Notes: a model not told the origin generated them from the sequence alone. DNA of 64,000 nucleotides from the human T2T-CHM13v2.0 reference genome, Homo sapiens (GCF_009914755.1 NC_060946.1), one strand, 5' to 3'; positions 46,977 through 62,600 are shown, numbered from the stretch's first letter. Numbers and translations are program-made.

Positions 46977-47148
46977 GAATTGTGGGAACGTATTCTGCTC
47001 CAGTTGTTGTAACCAGAAGGTTCCAGTTCCCAGCCAGCAGCTCTTTGAACCCAGTCGAGTATGCAAGTCTTGCTATAGCAGCCTACATCCCACAAGCTCC
47101 AGCATTGACCTTGAACTGGATAAGCCCATTGCTGCCACTTCCAACTGA
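46977..47148 (+). CDS. MTMR3: MTMR3 last coding exon, second half of FYVE (NCGNVFCSSCCNQKVPVPSQQLFEPSRVCKSCY...AATSN-stop)
   Basis: Branch-point-like ACTAAC 46945-46950, CTCAAG acceptor, RVC motif, TGA 47146-47148. Confidence 0.96.
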
Positions 47149-48969
47149 AGCTCAGTGACCTGGGTGGGCAGTGGCCAAGCTGCTGTTCCTATGACAGGCC
47201 CACTCAACCTGGGCAGACCGAGAGGCCCGTGCACTTTGGAATGGGAGCGTGGAACCACCTGTACAGAGTGACAGATTTGGGATGCACCACTGGATTGTAG
47301 ATTGATTTTTCTTTCCTGTCCCCCTACTCCCTCCCTACCTTTTCCATCCTCCTCCTCTGCCTTCAAAAAAGGAAACTTTCCCTTGGTTGTCTTAATTTTT
47401 TTTTTTTTTGATGGAAGACCAAGGGTTGCCAGGCCCACTGTAACTGCCGAGCTGCCTGCTGTCAGGTGACACTGAGGGATGGCTTGTTTCTTCCGGGTGG
47501 GAGGATGGTGGTCAGAGCCAGGAGTATGGAGATCTGAGACCGTGAGCAGGGAAGAAAGCCAGTGCTAACATGCAACCATTCCTCACGCCACCGCCACATC
47601 AGAGCTGGTTGGGAACCCTTTGCTGCTGGGGAGGCTGGAAGCATATTCCCCAAGAGCACTGCCCTGGGCATCATCTCCCTCCTGCGAGGAGCTGAGCCAG
47701 TCCCCTCACAGATGGATAAATGAGGCTGATGTTTGGAGGGAGAGGCACACGGTAAATGGCATCCCCTTAGGCGCCTCTTTGGGAAAGGAAAGTGGATGCT
47801 CCTTTGAGGCAGGCGAGGGGCTGGGAGTGGGTAGCCGTCATGTTGTCCCCCGTGGGATCCCATTTTTAACTTGACCCAGATTGTCTTGGGCTCCTTTTAC
47901 TTTCAGGGGGCTGCTTTCCTGGGCCAGGCTGTGTAGCACTTCCCACCCTCAGGCATGAGTACAGACTGGTCAAAATGTTTATGCAGTCAAGGCCAAAGCC
48001 TGCCCTGAGCCCAGACACACCTGGGTCCCCATTCTGGGGCCTGGTCCCCTAAACAATCTCTTCCTCAGCCAGCACAGGGAAATCCAGACTCAGGGTTCCA
48101 GAAATCCCCCGTTCCCAAACCAAACCAATCATGGATCTTCCCTTTAAGGGGTAGAATCAGCCTTTAGAGTTACAAGCCCCTGGAAAAGGGAGCAGGTCCC
48201 ATACAATCAGCCTTTCTCCTCTCCTCTTCTTGGGACAGGAATAACTGCTGAGCAGTCCCCCTTTGCCACTCCTGGCTGTCTGAGTGGGCACTTGTCTGGC
48301 TGCTGGCCAGCAGTGAAGGGCCACTTGGTGACTTCGTAGGGTTCCTTAGAGAAGTGACATGGCCTTGAGGAGATTCAGGGCACCTTTCCTCAGTGAGCTT
48401 TGATATGGTCCAAAAACAGCCTTAAATCAAGAATATTTGTGGAGGTAGGTGTGGGGAAGGTTGGAGAAGAGTTAGGTTTGTGCTTTGTAATCTTGGCATC
48501 CATGTTTTGTGCCTGCCCTCCCTCTTGGGGAGGCCATGCTTGACTCTGCTGAAAGCTGCTAACTGGTGACAGGGTGGATCATGGTGAGGACTAGGGGTAA
48601 GGTCAGGGAATGCTTAAGCTCTGGCCCTGCCCTGTATTCCTCTTCCCCTTGGTAGCAGTTCCCTGACCAAGGGCAAGGTGTGTCTCAGGAAGGTGGTTCT
48701 GTGCATGCCTGGGTGTGGTTAAGGCGTGGCCCAGAAGGCTTCCCTGGTGCTCTCAGTCCAGGCAAAGCCCAGAGCATCTGAGCACGTCTCTGACTTCCAG
48801 TGGCAACACAGTTTGAATGTGGTGAAACAGGGTGTAGTTCTTTTCCACATTCTGTGTCATCTAGTCGTGCAGGTAGGGAAAAAGTTGGTCTAATTGAAGA
48901 TTGTGCATTTCCTAGTGACAGGTGCCAAGAGGTTATGATACGGGTTTCTTGGGTCTGATGTACAGTGTG

Positions 48970-49186
48970 AATAAATGCTTGCAGCTCTTAGCTCTTTTTT
49001 GATCGATGAAGCACTTTTTTATTAATATTTTCCTTTGTTAAAGGAGGAACCGTAACTCTCCATAGCTGTACATATAACCCTTTTCTCCTAAAGAGGAGTC
49101 AGTCAGTGCTCCTATATTTTTCATTTTTTGTCAAAGCAAGAAGTAAATACTTTAGAATTGTTAAATATATAAATAAAGCAAATAAA
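48970..49186 (+). terminator. Proximal polyadenylation signals (AATAAA at 48970, 49172, 49181)
   Basis: Canonical hexamers with upstream TGTA and T/GT-rich flanks. Confidence 0.65.
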
Positions 49187-51737
49187 GTTGAGTGTTCCAC
49201 ATGGTAGCATTTGCTAACACTTCCTAATTCTTTGCCCTGTGGTTTATCCCCTCTTCGTCCCTTTTCCCTCTCACACAGAAGTGTTTGAGGGCCTGCTGGG
49301 AAACTGACCTTTGGCAAAGGAAAGCTACAGATAGCCTTCCGACTCTAGACCTTGGCAAGGAGCCTCACCATGATGTTCAAGCACTGAACGCATTTCCTCA
49401 GTGATTTTGCTCCTAAAATCTCCCAGGCTAAAAGAGGGCAAAGCAGTCAGGGATCTGACCTGGCAGCTATTCCTCCTTCTCTGAAGAGTTCCCATCAGTA
49501 GTCATTACAACTACCTCTCGCCTCAAGGCTCCATTTTTAGCTGCTGCTCTGATTTCAGGGCAGCCAGTACTCTGGCCCCTTCAGTCGGGGAGTGGAAGGA
49601 GATGTGGGGTGGGGGTGAGAAAATGCTTCTGCCTGTTGTTCTTGAAGGATAGACTATGGGTGGGCAGAGAGAACTGGGGGCAGAAATGGAATTAGATGTG
49701 ATTGGGTTATGCAGTCAACTAGAGGTCTCCTTCCCGCCCTCTCTCCACACAGAGAGGAACCTCTGCTCCTTAGCTCTTACAGCAGGACTGTGGCATCTAG
49801 TCACTTCAATACTAGTTCTTGCTCTTCACAGAGGTAGATTTTTCTTTACCCTACAGCACTGTTGGGCATCCCTCCCATCACATGGGTCTGTGGGTGAGAT
49901 ATGTTATGCTGTTCCTCCCTCGGGAAGGTTGGTATTGAGGGGTGCCTTGCTCCAGAGGCGCCAGCCCAGCATCTGTGGTGAGTTGGCTAAGATCCAGAGT
50001 GACCTGCTCAGAGCTCCCCAGAGGCCTTCACTCTTTGGGGCAGTCTCTCTAGGGTCACTTTCTGAATGTACCTTCTACCTAAAGTATACAAACACAAAGA
50101 GCCAGCTGAGCTGGTTCTAGTGTGAAAGCCGTAAGTGCCACCCAGCAGGCGTTTGAAAACAAGAAATCATTCTTCTGTGGAAGGAGAATGTGCCATCTCA
50201 GCTACCCTCAGTCCGCCAGGGAGCCCAGTCTGTGTATTCATATGAAGTTGTGAAAACCATGAGTGTGTGCCATGGCCATCGTGTCTACACACAGCCACTA
50301 TTGTTCCTGTGGGCTAGTCTCCAGCAAATTAAAACACTGGCATGGCCTAGGAAGGGCGTTGCGAGCTCCTAAATGGAAAGCTTCTCTGGGGGTAGGGAGA
50401 TGAAGAGCCAAGATGCTGGTGAAGCAGGTGCAGTGAGGATCCAAGGCAAGGAATTGCCCTGAGGGAGGTGGCTGCATATGGAGAAAGGCAGTTCTCTGTG
50501 GGCAAGGCCAGCTTGCTTCAGGCTGTAGAGGGAATTTGGTCTGAAGCAACAGGGCATGAACTGTGACTTTGAGCTGCCAGGTTGTCTTCATCTCAGAACT
50601 TTCCTATCCTGGCACTCTCGTTACCTTTCTTCTATACCTTGGCCTCTGTAACTGCAGTCCAAAACAAGTTACAGCTGCCTTAATCCACTGAGATTCTCTA
50701 TGAGGATGTACAGAAAAGTTTTCCTGTAATAATTTTGCTTATATGCTAACTCTTTTCATGTTAGCAAAGAATATTCTATGAATTAGAATGTTACTGTGGT
50801 AGATCTAAAGGAGAATGAACAGAAGGTGCTGGAGGACCTGTTAAACAATCTCTGGCTATTAAAAAACATCAAGATGAGAATTAAAGGCATATCCTGATAT
50901 ACTTGCCTGCTTGCACATGAGGCTGGGAGATCCCATGCCTGTTGAAGTTAACTCTAGCCCTGACCTCTATTGATCTTTTGGGAATGAGGGCTGATTTGAA
51001 GGTGCTGTTGCAGGATTTCATTTAGCTGCTGCCAGTTCAAGTGACCTGTCCCCAGGGCTGCAGCTGTATCCACCTGATTGCAGTAGGTGAGGGCTAACAG
51101 CAGAATTTAAAGTGGACCCTGGGCTGTGGAGCAAAGTGACTATCCATTTGGACTTTTGGATAATGTGGCAGGAGTCCCAGCTGTTTAATTTCTAGTCACA
51201 TTTTCCAGAAAGTTGTTCTAAGTTGAGATTACTGACAAGATTTCTCAAGGGCAGGACCAGATATGTGAGAGACTTCTAGTTCAGAGCTGACCCCTCTAAG
51301 CCTCTGACACTTAAACACGAGTCCTGCTGTCCCCAGCACACAACTGCACTGAAGCCTTGTTCCTCTCGGCTGGTGTAGAGCTCATCTGCATGTTGTGTGC
51401 AGATACCAGTAGCCTCCCTGCTTGAATAGGCCTCTCCTAGGCTAGGCAGGTGTTCAGAGGCATGAAGGTCTGGGCAGGGGAAGGGCGTCTTCTGAAATGG
51501 GAGTTACCAGGTTTTTAAATGCTGCTATTGTTTTATTTACCATTTAAGGTCTTTTCTATTATATCTGAGTAACTAGTCAGTTTTTCTTACAGTGCTCATA
51601 GCAGTTGTATTTGAATTGTATTTTCAGTGAAATTTGTTTTACATTGCCATTTAAAATTGGCCTTTAACAGCTTCCCAACTGGCTTATATTTTTTTTTAAT
51701 GAAAACATAACCCATGAGGCTCAGATGCTGTTGAAGA

Positions 51738-51829
51738 AATAAATGGTATGTTGCTGCTGACAGTAGTGCTTGCCTATTGTAACAGCATTGGTTCTGCTGT
51801 AGCCTCGGTGACCATTTAAGTTGAATAAA
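51738..51829 (+). terminator. Distal polyadenylation signals (AATAAA at 51738 and 51824; another at 52187)
   Basis: Canonical hexamers after a U-rich segment, with GT-rich sequence downstream. Confidence 0.65.
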
Positions 51830-52274
51830 TCTGTCATTTTCACCCACAAACAGTTGTTGAGCCCCTGGATTTGGGTTGTCACTGTGGTTCTCCTGCCAGT
51901 GCTATAATCCAGTGTCGTAGGTGCAGGGTATGAATCAGCTCAGCCTCTTAGGAGAGAGGGGCTCTCAGCGAGGAGGGGGCGGGGGGGGGGTCACTATTTA
52001 TCTTCCAGAGGCAGGGTTCATGGATTCCTGATGTTTAGAGGCGGAAGGGACCTTAGGTCACCTACTTCCACGGTTTTCATACTGTTCTCTGGGGCCTCGT
52101 GGAGAGGGAGCCTCCAGGCCCATTCAAAGCTTTATTAGATTTAAAAGTAAGATCTGGTATGAAGAAAGGTTTTGTTTGTTTCTTAAAATAAAAAGTCTGA
52201 AAATCACTAATCCAATCTCCTCCTTTTTCATTGAGGAAACTGAGACTCAGAGAGGGCCAAAGACATCCAGATTA

Positions 52275-52726
<452 letters not shown>

Positions 52727-53939
52727 TCAGCGAGGAGCTTAGGCAATTGCCATCACAAGGCTTGAATTATGAGCCCTTCTCTCCCTCTTAACCAAAATCA
52801 AAATGTTGTGATAGTCTAATCCAGTGTTTTTGTTTTTAACTTTTCAAATACATAAAAACAAATGATATGTTATTAGCATGAATCATCACAGTTTAAGTCA
52901 TAACATCTTAAAATCAGTGGGCTTGGGGAGGGAGCATTTTTCATTAGTGCAGATGATAGGTTCACTGTGAACTGTCCCAGCATCCAATTTCTGGATTTTG
53001 TTTTAGTTGTTATATAATATGGGGGAGTTTAATTTTAAAAAATTTGAGTTTTATAGGTAAGCGGTTGCAAATGGTAGTAGTCACAGCTTGCCTGCAATCT
53101 CTTGTTGACAAAACTGAAGTACATGCCTGAAAAAAGGGATTAATAGAAGAATATCCAAAACCTGCTTTCAGTCTTTATCATCCATATATCAGATGAGAGA
53201 CACCCAAAGATTTATAAGCACTAAAATTACTTTATGCTCAGGGCCACCAGGTCTGAGTTGGCCCTGGGCCTAATGATCACAGCACTAAGCTGGTGCCCTC
53301 CCAGTCAGTGACCCCTGCAAAGGCCACACACACACACACAGCAATACAGACTGTACAGTGAAGTCTCAAGCAGCCTCACTGAATGTGTTTTAAACCTTTG
53401 GGTGTATATAGTTTAAAAGACGGTTATTAATATTTATCAGGACATTATTTATTAATATCAGGACAAATTCTCCTGAGGCAGTGCCACAAAAGTTGGTTTG
53501 AAAATCACCAGTTTGGTGGAAAGCCCCTGTGTTTTAGAGCCCACAGACCTGGGGTGGGATCCTAGCCCTGCAGCACCAGCTGAGTTGCTCATGGGTGTAT
53601 GAGGAACTCGGAGACATTTCCTCATCTGTAGCAGAGCACATGGCATATAAATGGAGTGGGAAGGTGGGGGCCTAGCAAATGCTGTCCTCCCCACTGTCCC
53701 ATGAAATGAGATAGATAGATGATAGCATTTCTGTCTCTGGCTTCTAGCAGGCATTTGGAACAATCAATCAGAGCCAGGCAGCACTTCTATTCCACTGTGT
53801 GTTGAAACTAGACCCTGCTCTCGCTTCCACCTTACAGGGGAAAACATTTGACTTTGAAGCATTCCAATCTGAGTTTTGCACTAAGTTACAAATGAATCAC
53901 TAGCTGAAGAAGACAAACTAAAGTTCATATATGTGTTTT

Positions 53940-54233
53940 AGTTTTATTTATTTTGAGACAGAGTCTCACTTTGTTACCCAGGCTGGAGTGCAGTGGCGCG
54001 ATCTCGACTCGCTGCAACCTCCGCTTCCCAGATTCAAGTGATTCTCCCGCCTCAGCCTCTTGAGTAGCTGGAATTACAGGCACCCACCATCATGCCCAGC
54101 TAATTTTTGTATTTTTGTAGAGATAGGGTTTCACCATGTTGGCCAGGCTGGTTGAACTCCTGACGTCAGGTGAAATGCCCGCCTCAGCCTCCCAAAGTGC
54201 TAGGATTACAGGCGTGAGCCACCGTGCCTGGCC
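53940..54233 (-). mobile_element. Alu (AluS-like)
   Basis: Reverse dimer, TSD TATATGTGTTTT. Confidence 0.9.
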
Positions 54234-55713
54234 TTATATATGTGTTTTGTTTTTAAATTAACATTTTGTAAACAGATGGTGGTCTGCATGTGCACCGATG
54301 CTTTAAGAGTGTATGGAGCCAATGGGAAGGGAGTGTGGAGAGAAACTGCTTGTTGGGGTTGAGGCAGCATCTAAGAACGCCTGAGTCCTGCCATGGCAAC
54401 AATCCTGCAAAGACAGACAGGACCTCACTTTGTTAAACTGATGAGTTTAAGTTGTTCAAGACTAAAGGCGAAGCCAGAAGATGCAGACTAGCTTCGCAGG
54501 CTGAGAAGTGGGGAAGGTGGAGCCAGGTGGACCTCGCCTCTGCATCACAGAGGCCTGGGTCCAGGCTATGGTGCTCTTAGCATCTCTTTAAGAATAAATC
54601 CCAGAGCCCAAGGTTGGAAGAGGAAGTGGAGGCCTTGCGTTCAGATGGCCCTCCCCACCCTCTCCAATGACAGAGGAGCCCAAGGTTGCCCAACATATTT
54701 AAGGCCATGTCATCCGAGTTCAAATAGACATGAGTTTGTAGTAAGTGGTTGCTGCACTTTGCCAGCTGGAAGATCAAGCCTTAGAACTGGAGGTTCTTTC
54801 AAGTCCCCCAGAAAGTGCTGGCATACAATGTGTACCAGGGCAGCTCCCTCTTTAGAAGTCCCTGTCAGCCCTTGGGACATAAACTGCATCCCCTGGCCCC
54901 TTGGGGGTGGTCTGATTCTTTCTGTTCTCTTTCATCTGATTCAGTAATAAGCTAGCTAGCTAGCTGCTGCCTTATTACCGCCTAACTAGAGACTCCTAGT
55001 TTTGGAAAGACAGTAAGATGTCAGCTTGCCAGCCTCTATTACTGGGATGAGGAGACGGAAATGGAAACCATGAGAATGGTGTGCCTCTCGACAGTTGCCA
55101 CTGACCCCTGGAGAGGAGTCCTAGTTGGGTTGGGAGGAAGGGGGTTGGGCTTGAACTCTCCCTGCCCCCTTACTTTTGGAGCAGCAGCATCCCCCCGAGG
55201 AGCTGAGAGGTCACTCCCTGGGTCAAGCAGCCTGAGCTAGTCCCTCTCCACGGACAGGATGATTCACAGCCCAGAAAAGGGAGCAGCCACCTCTGGAAAC
55301 CGTGTACATCCTAAGAGCCCCTCCTGCAGCACCTTTCTTAGGTTGATTCAGGGAGGGAAGCTGTGGGAGGAGTCGGGGAAAGGCCTGGGAGCAGTGCTTC
55401 CTCTCTCCCTGCTGCACCAACATCTTGGAAGCTTGGTGGAGGTGGGGACACAACTCTTACCAGTAGTGCTGCTCTTCCTCCTCTCCCACACCCCCACTTT
55501 CTCTTCCCCTTTCCAAATACCCAAAGGTTTTAATGTGATCTCCTGGCATTGGAGACCCTGGGCACCACTGCACATTCAGGCCAGTGAGCAGGTCAGGCCC
55601 ATGTAGCCACCGGAGGTGGCAATGCCCGAGAGGCCATCCTGCAGGCACTAGCTGGAGATGCCAGTGCTGAGTGACTCCAAGGAGATTGTTTTCCTTCTGA
55701 AAAAGCAGCACAT

Positions 55714-56150
<437 letters not shown>

Positions 56151-56182
56151 TTACAGAAGCATTTTGGAGGCTTTTTTCACTA

Positions 56183-56678
<496 letters not shown>

Positions 56679-58449
56679 TTACAGAGTAAACCGTGGTGTA
56701 GATTCTTCTGCCAGAAATTCTCACACTTTTGGAGTTAGAGAACAGAAATGGTTCAGTAAGTGACAAAATGACAGCCAGAATAGATGGTCTAGGGCTTTGT
56801 CCCACATCCACCATGGCCTTAGCCTTTTTCTTTCAACCTTGTTTGGCTGGCTCCTTCCTCTATCCCTAAAGCTGTCCAGTCCTCCAGCCTGCAAAGCAAA
56901 TTCTTTCAAGTCAGAGCAAATTCTTTCAAGTCTCTGCCTCCAGCAAGTATCCTGTCTTGCTCCTTCCCTTCACTGTGAAACGAATAGAAAGAGTGGCCAG
57001 CTCTATATCGTCTTTGCTCCACCACCCCTTCCTCTTCCTCCTGCTTCTGCTGCCCCCCACCACCCCAACACTGGGTGTCCCCAAGGACTAGCCACACACT
57101 CTAGACCCACTCCAAAGCATTCTTTCTTGCAACCATTCTGCAACCTGCCACCTTGCTAACCCTCCTGCCAGTTCTTCTGCCTCTGTAGTTGGCCTGTGAG
57201 ACTTTGCAGGCAGCCCTCTCACCTACTTCCTTGGCATTACTGCTCTGAGGCTCAGCTCTCTGCCCTCCTTCCACGCATGCTTCCTTGGACATGCAGAAAT
57301 TAAAGTGCTGAAAATGGAGGCCTGTTATATACCACAGTTCTAAGTCTCTAGAGGCCTCCTTCAGGCACCTGGGGAGACTGCGAGAGCATCAGGTGTCCCC
57401 ATCTGGACGTGTCTATGTGGCCATGCTTCACCTGCACCCCCACGCAGTTCGATGGCATTAACCTGGGGACTAGTTCTGGGCCTGAAAACCGAGCTCAGCC
57501 TTGTCAGCCAGAGATGCCTCGGGGCTTCCCCTGAACTGAGAGGCCACGACGTCTGCTCTTCGCTTTTATCCTCTGTTGCAGGATGCAGTCAGCACCTAGT
57601 GCAGGGGTGAACGCCGATGCCAAGTTTGCCCTCCTATCCTTCAACCCCAAGTAGGAAGTTCACCTCTTATTTTCATATTGTAATTGAATTCCGACACCCC
57701 ACCAACCCTTCCTGGGACTGGGGGAAGCCCCATCGTCAGTCTATTTATGACACTCAGTCGTAGGAAGCTTTGACCCTGGTTGGACAGGAATGAGCTAGAG
57801 CACCCAAAGCCACTGGGCATGGTTTCTGTGTGCTGCCCTAGGCAAGGGCAGAGGGGCTCTGCCTCTCCTTACCTGGGCCTACCAGAACACCCTTGCCAGT
57901 CACATGTCTTCCGGGTCACCCTGCTGCCCTCCAAGGCACCTCATGCCCTCAGAGGGCCCTGCTGATGCCTGAAAAGCCCAGATCAAGCTGAGAACAAGGG
58001 CCTGGCTGTCTGTTCAGGAACCCTCTGCCCTGTTCTGCCTCGGTACTCTGTCACCCCTCATTGCTGAGGACCCTAACCAATGCATGCACAGAGAGTCTTG
58101 GCTTCTGACAGCTCTGGATATGCTCTGTGGCGCCTTCATGTAGTAAGTCATTGAAGGCTAAGTCTCTGTGCAGGCTTCACTGGTGACTCACACATGTCCC
58201 CACCCCTACCATTCCATGAGATGACATGGGACTTCTGTCTCAGGCACTGTTTGCTCTCAAGAATATGCTGCCTGTTAGGGAAGATGATCAGGCAGATAAA
58301 TATATTCATACCCTCATCCAAAAAGAACAGGACCTGAAAAAGCCTCTTAGAGGCAACCCATTGAAAATGGAGACCAGTGTTTCATACAGCACATAGTGAA
58401 AAAGGTTTGATCCGAATTTAATCTTGTAAAATGAAACTATTATTGAAAT

Positions 58450-58720
58450 AAGTATCTTTTTTGAATCGACAAAATTATATATAATATACAGTATGTTTTG
58501 AAATATGTATACATTGTGTAATGGTTAAATCGATCTAATTAACATATGCGTTACCTCACATACTTATTTTTTTGTGATGAGAGACACTTAAAATCTACCC
58601 TCTTAGAGATTTTCAAGAATACAATGCATTGTTATTAACTAAGTCACCTTGTGGTGCAATAGAGCTCTTTAACCTAATCCTATTTAACTGAAATTTATCC
58701 TTTAACCAGTATCTCCCACT
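58450..58720 (-). mobile_element. L1MA-type 3' end fragment
   Basis: GTATACATTGTGTAATGGTTAAAT...TTACCTCACATACTTAT...TTTCAAGAATACAAT. Confidence 0.75.
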
Positions 58721-58766
58721 GTTTTGTTTAAAAGTATGTTTTAACAAAAGGTAATTGCAACTATAG

Positions 58767-59080
<314 letters not shown>

Positions 59081-59929
59081 CAGGCTAATTCTTAAAAATA
59101 ATATTTTAGGTGTATTTCCCTCCCCAAATTATATGATTGCACAATAGGACATTATTTCATGTTTGATTTTCTAGTGTAATCAATCACAGGATCATTTTAG
59201 GAAAAGTTAGTCAAGGGCTTCCTCAATTTCCCTCTTAAATCCTTTAGTCTTTGATATTCACATCATCCCCCTAGGAAACACCTAATTGGTTAGACATGTC
59301 ACCTTCCCCTTCATTTGTTAATGGACCTACTCTCTGCGATCCTTATTTCCAATGGCTACACTCATCTGAGCAGTTTGCCAACACATTCACCAACTATGTG
59401 AAATTCTGCATATTTTACAAAACTTAAATTGTACTTTGGTGCCTGTTTTGTTGTATTTTCAACATCTCACAATCCGTAACAGGGAAGTTGGGCTATGGTG
59501 GATGGAGAGTATGTTAAGGAGGAAGAGATGTTTAAGTGGAGAGTGATTTTTCTAAGTGGTTGAGTTGTGTAGAGAATACTCTTCATGTCTGATGACTTTA
59601 GCTTTCTCCACAACTAGTGGCTACAGGAACTTGGATACTGACTAGTTGGAGTTATAGCTCAGAGGAAGAAGAGAGTACATGTACATCTGAGCAGGGAGCC
59701 TGCCCCTTGGGGGATAGCAGTGACATCAACACATGGCAATATGATGACGTCAAGGTGAGCCAAGGCAAGTGGGCGGGTTTCAGGATCTGAGCCAGAGGGC
59801 ATGGGTTAGCGAACAGGAAAGGCAGGAAATATTTGTTAAAAGCTTAGGCCAAAAAAGTCTCCTATGTCAGGCCAAACACTGGTCCCAATTCTATAGGTAT
59901 TTGAGGTTTCTGAACAGAGAATGGAACAA

Positions 59930-60170
59930 GATGATAATAGTTAATATTTGTTATGGGCTAGGCACTGTCCAAATACTTTCCATGAGTAACACATTTAATT
60001 CTCCTATTAACCTGGTGAGGTACTGTGACAGCCTCATTTGAAACTAAGATGACTGAGCCAGTAGAGCTGTTAAGCCCCTTGCCCAAGGTCACCCAGAAAG
60101 TTGAAGCAGCTGAGCCATGGTTTGAATCTGGCCCCTCTGCCTCCTGAAATCACGCTCTCAACCGCTGCGC
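59930..60170 (-). mobile_element. MIR
   Basis: CTAGGCACTGT...GACTGAG...CTTGCCCAAGGTCAC...TTTGAATCTGG. Confidence 0.7.
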
Positions 60171-60425
60171 TACCCAGTCTCTCCTGGGCCCAGGATGAAT
60201 GGAAGTGGGTGCTGGGAGGCGAGGCAAGATGAGGTGGAAAGAGCAGTAAGAGGCCACCTGCATGAAAAAGGCCTAAACCAGGGCAGAGAAGGGTTCAAGA
60301 GCAACTCCAAAGAACACTGAATGTTAAAGTACTAGTGCTGTTTCATTGGCTTTACACAGGACTGTTTCTTTCCAAAACTCAGTAAGTCATGCATGAAGCA
60401 ATCACCAATGCAAGAATCAATCAGG

Positions 60426-61062
<637 letters not shown>

Positions 61063-62379
61063 AAATTCACCGTTTCTCAGGAAGAGCTCCCTCAACTAAA
61101 CAGCTTCCCTTCTAATGCAGGGACAAATTGGCATTTAAGATAAATTTGCAGCAGACACCAGGGGGGCTAATGATCCTATGATTGATTACACTATAGAAAA
61201 TCAAACATGAAATGATGAAGCTAGAGCTCAGTATCTGCCTAGGCAAGTGCCTGCTTGTGCACAGCAGACAAAGCCCTGACCCAGTGTTGTGAGACCTGTA
61301 TTCTAGCCCCCAGTCACTTACAGGGTAGGGGGTTGACCACTCTACTCTGCTTTAATTTCTCACCTATGGGGATATTTGTCCAGTCTGCCCATGGGACTGT
61401 TGAGGATCCAGTGAGGAAATAGATCATGTTTTACAAAGTCTGGCTGATCTACAGTGGAAAGAATGGTTCTGCCAAAGCTTGCACTTGAACATCTGTGACT
61501 GATTCCCAGCACCTTACCTGCGTTCCAGTATAGTCTCCATGGGAGGCAGCAGGAATCCTGCTTGTCTGCCATGCAGCCTGGCAGCTCCAAGGCAACAGCA
61601 TCCCTCCTCTTACCCATATCTGCCAAACCCAAGAGAATAGGGAAATATGTCAGGTCTCTCAGGGTGTGGGAAGGACTCTAGGCCATCTCCAGCCAGGACA
61701 GTCCCCAACAAGAAATACCGGGGTTGGGGTGATGCCAGGGACAGGTTTTCTGGCAAGGATAGGAAGCTCTGCCCTGGGCTGCTGAAGTCTCCGAGAGATG
61801 GGCTCCATGGGTGGCCTTGCTTCCAGCACAGGCGAGGTCTAGGCAAGTGGTCAGCAGTGCAGAGCCCCTTCCTTCAGGGCTTCAGCCGCCTTACCTCCAT
61901 GTGGGCCAGTGTCTGGATGTGCAGCCAGTGATCCCTGAACTTCCCAAATACAAACCTCTTGATGGATGCCCATCCTAGGAAAGGAGCGGCACCAGAGGTT
62001 GACTCTCTGGTCAATTTCTAGTATTTCCTCTGAGCCCCAAGGGCAGCATTGTGCAATAAGCTGCCTTGTCTGGCCTCTCTTGCTGTGCCCATACCTACTA
62101 AACCCCCCGATTATGGCCTTGCGGGGAGTGTTCCCGTCCAGTCTCAGAGTAGGAGCACACGTGGAGGCCCTTTCCTCTGTGGTACCCTCAACCCTGCTCT
62201 GCACTTCAGTAGTCCTGCTTGACCCACAGATCCCTCCCACCTTCTGCGCCCCCCATGCCCAGGGCTGCTTCTGTTGCTTCCCTCACCTTCCCTTCCAGCC
62301 CAGACTCCCACTCCCCTGCAAGCCATCCAGAAGAAGTCTCACACTAAGTCGTGGAAAATGCACAAGCCAGAAACAGCAC

Positions 62380-62600
62380 AACTGTCCAACCACAGGGCAA
62401 GGAATAAGGAACTTGTGAAAGTTAGCCACAAACATAACATGGCAACGAATCAAAGTCGTTACATACAGCCACATGGACAAATCTCACAGAATATTGAGTG
62501 GAAAAAAGAATAAAATATATGCAGTATGATTCCATTTTTGAGAAGTTCAAAACCAGGCAAAACAAAACTATTCTTTGGGGGTGCGAGAACATGGTAACTA
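62380..62600 (+). mobile_element. L1ME-type 3' fragment
   Basis: CATGGACAAATCTCACA...GTATGATTCCATTT...TTCAAAACCAGGCAAAAC. Confidence 0.6.

Larger units (their letters stand above)
47149..51850 (+). other. MTMR3: MTMR3 3' UTR (long form; 3' end approximate)
   Basis: Alu-free stretch after the stop codon, ending near AATAAA hexamers with GT-rich downstream sequence. Confidence 0.7.

Noticed and set aside
47146-47160. Possible stop-codon readthrough at the MTMR3 TGA
   Set aside because: Context is TGA-AGC, not the TGA-CTAG readthrough motif
57370-57655. Mildly CpG-enriched stretch with an acceptor-like TTGCAG and a short open frame (MQSAPSAGVNADAKFALLSFNP)
   Set aside because: No recognisable homology or partner exon; insufficient for a pseudogene or exon call
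61966-62418. 150-aa plus-strand ORF
   Set aside because: No domain or homology recognised and its end runs into an L1-like fragment; consistent with chance
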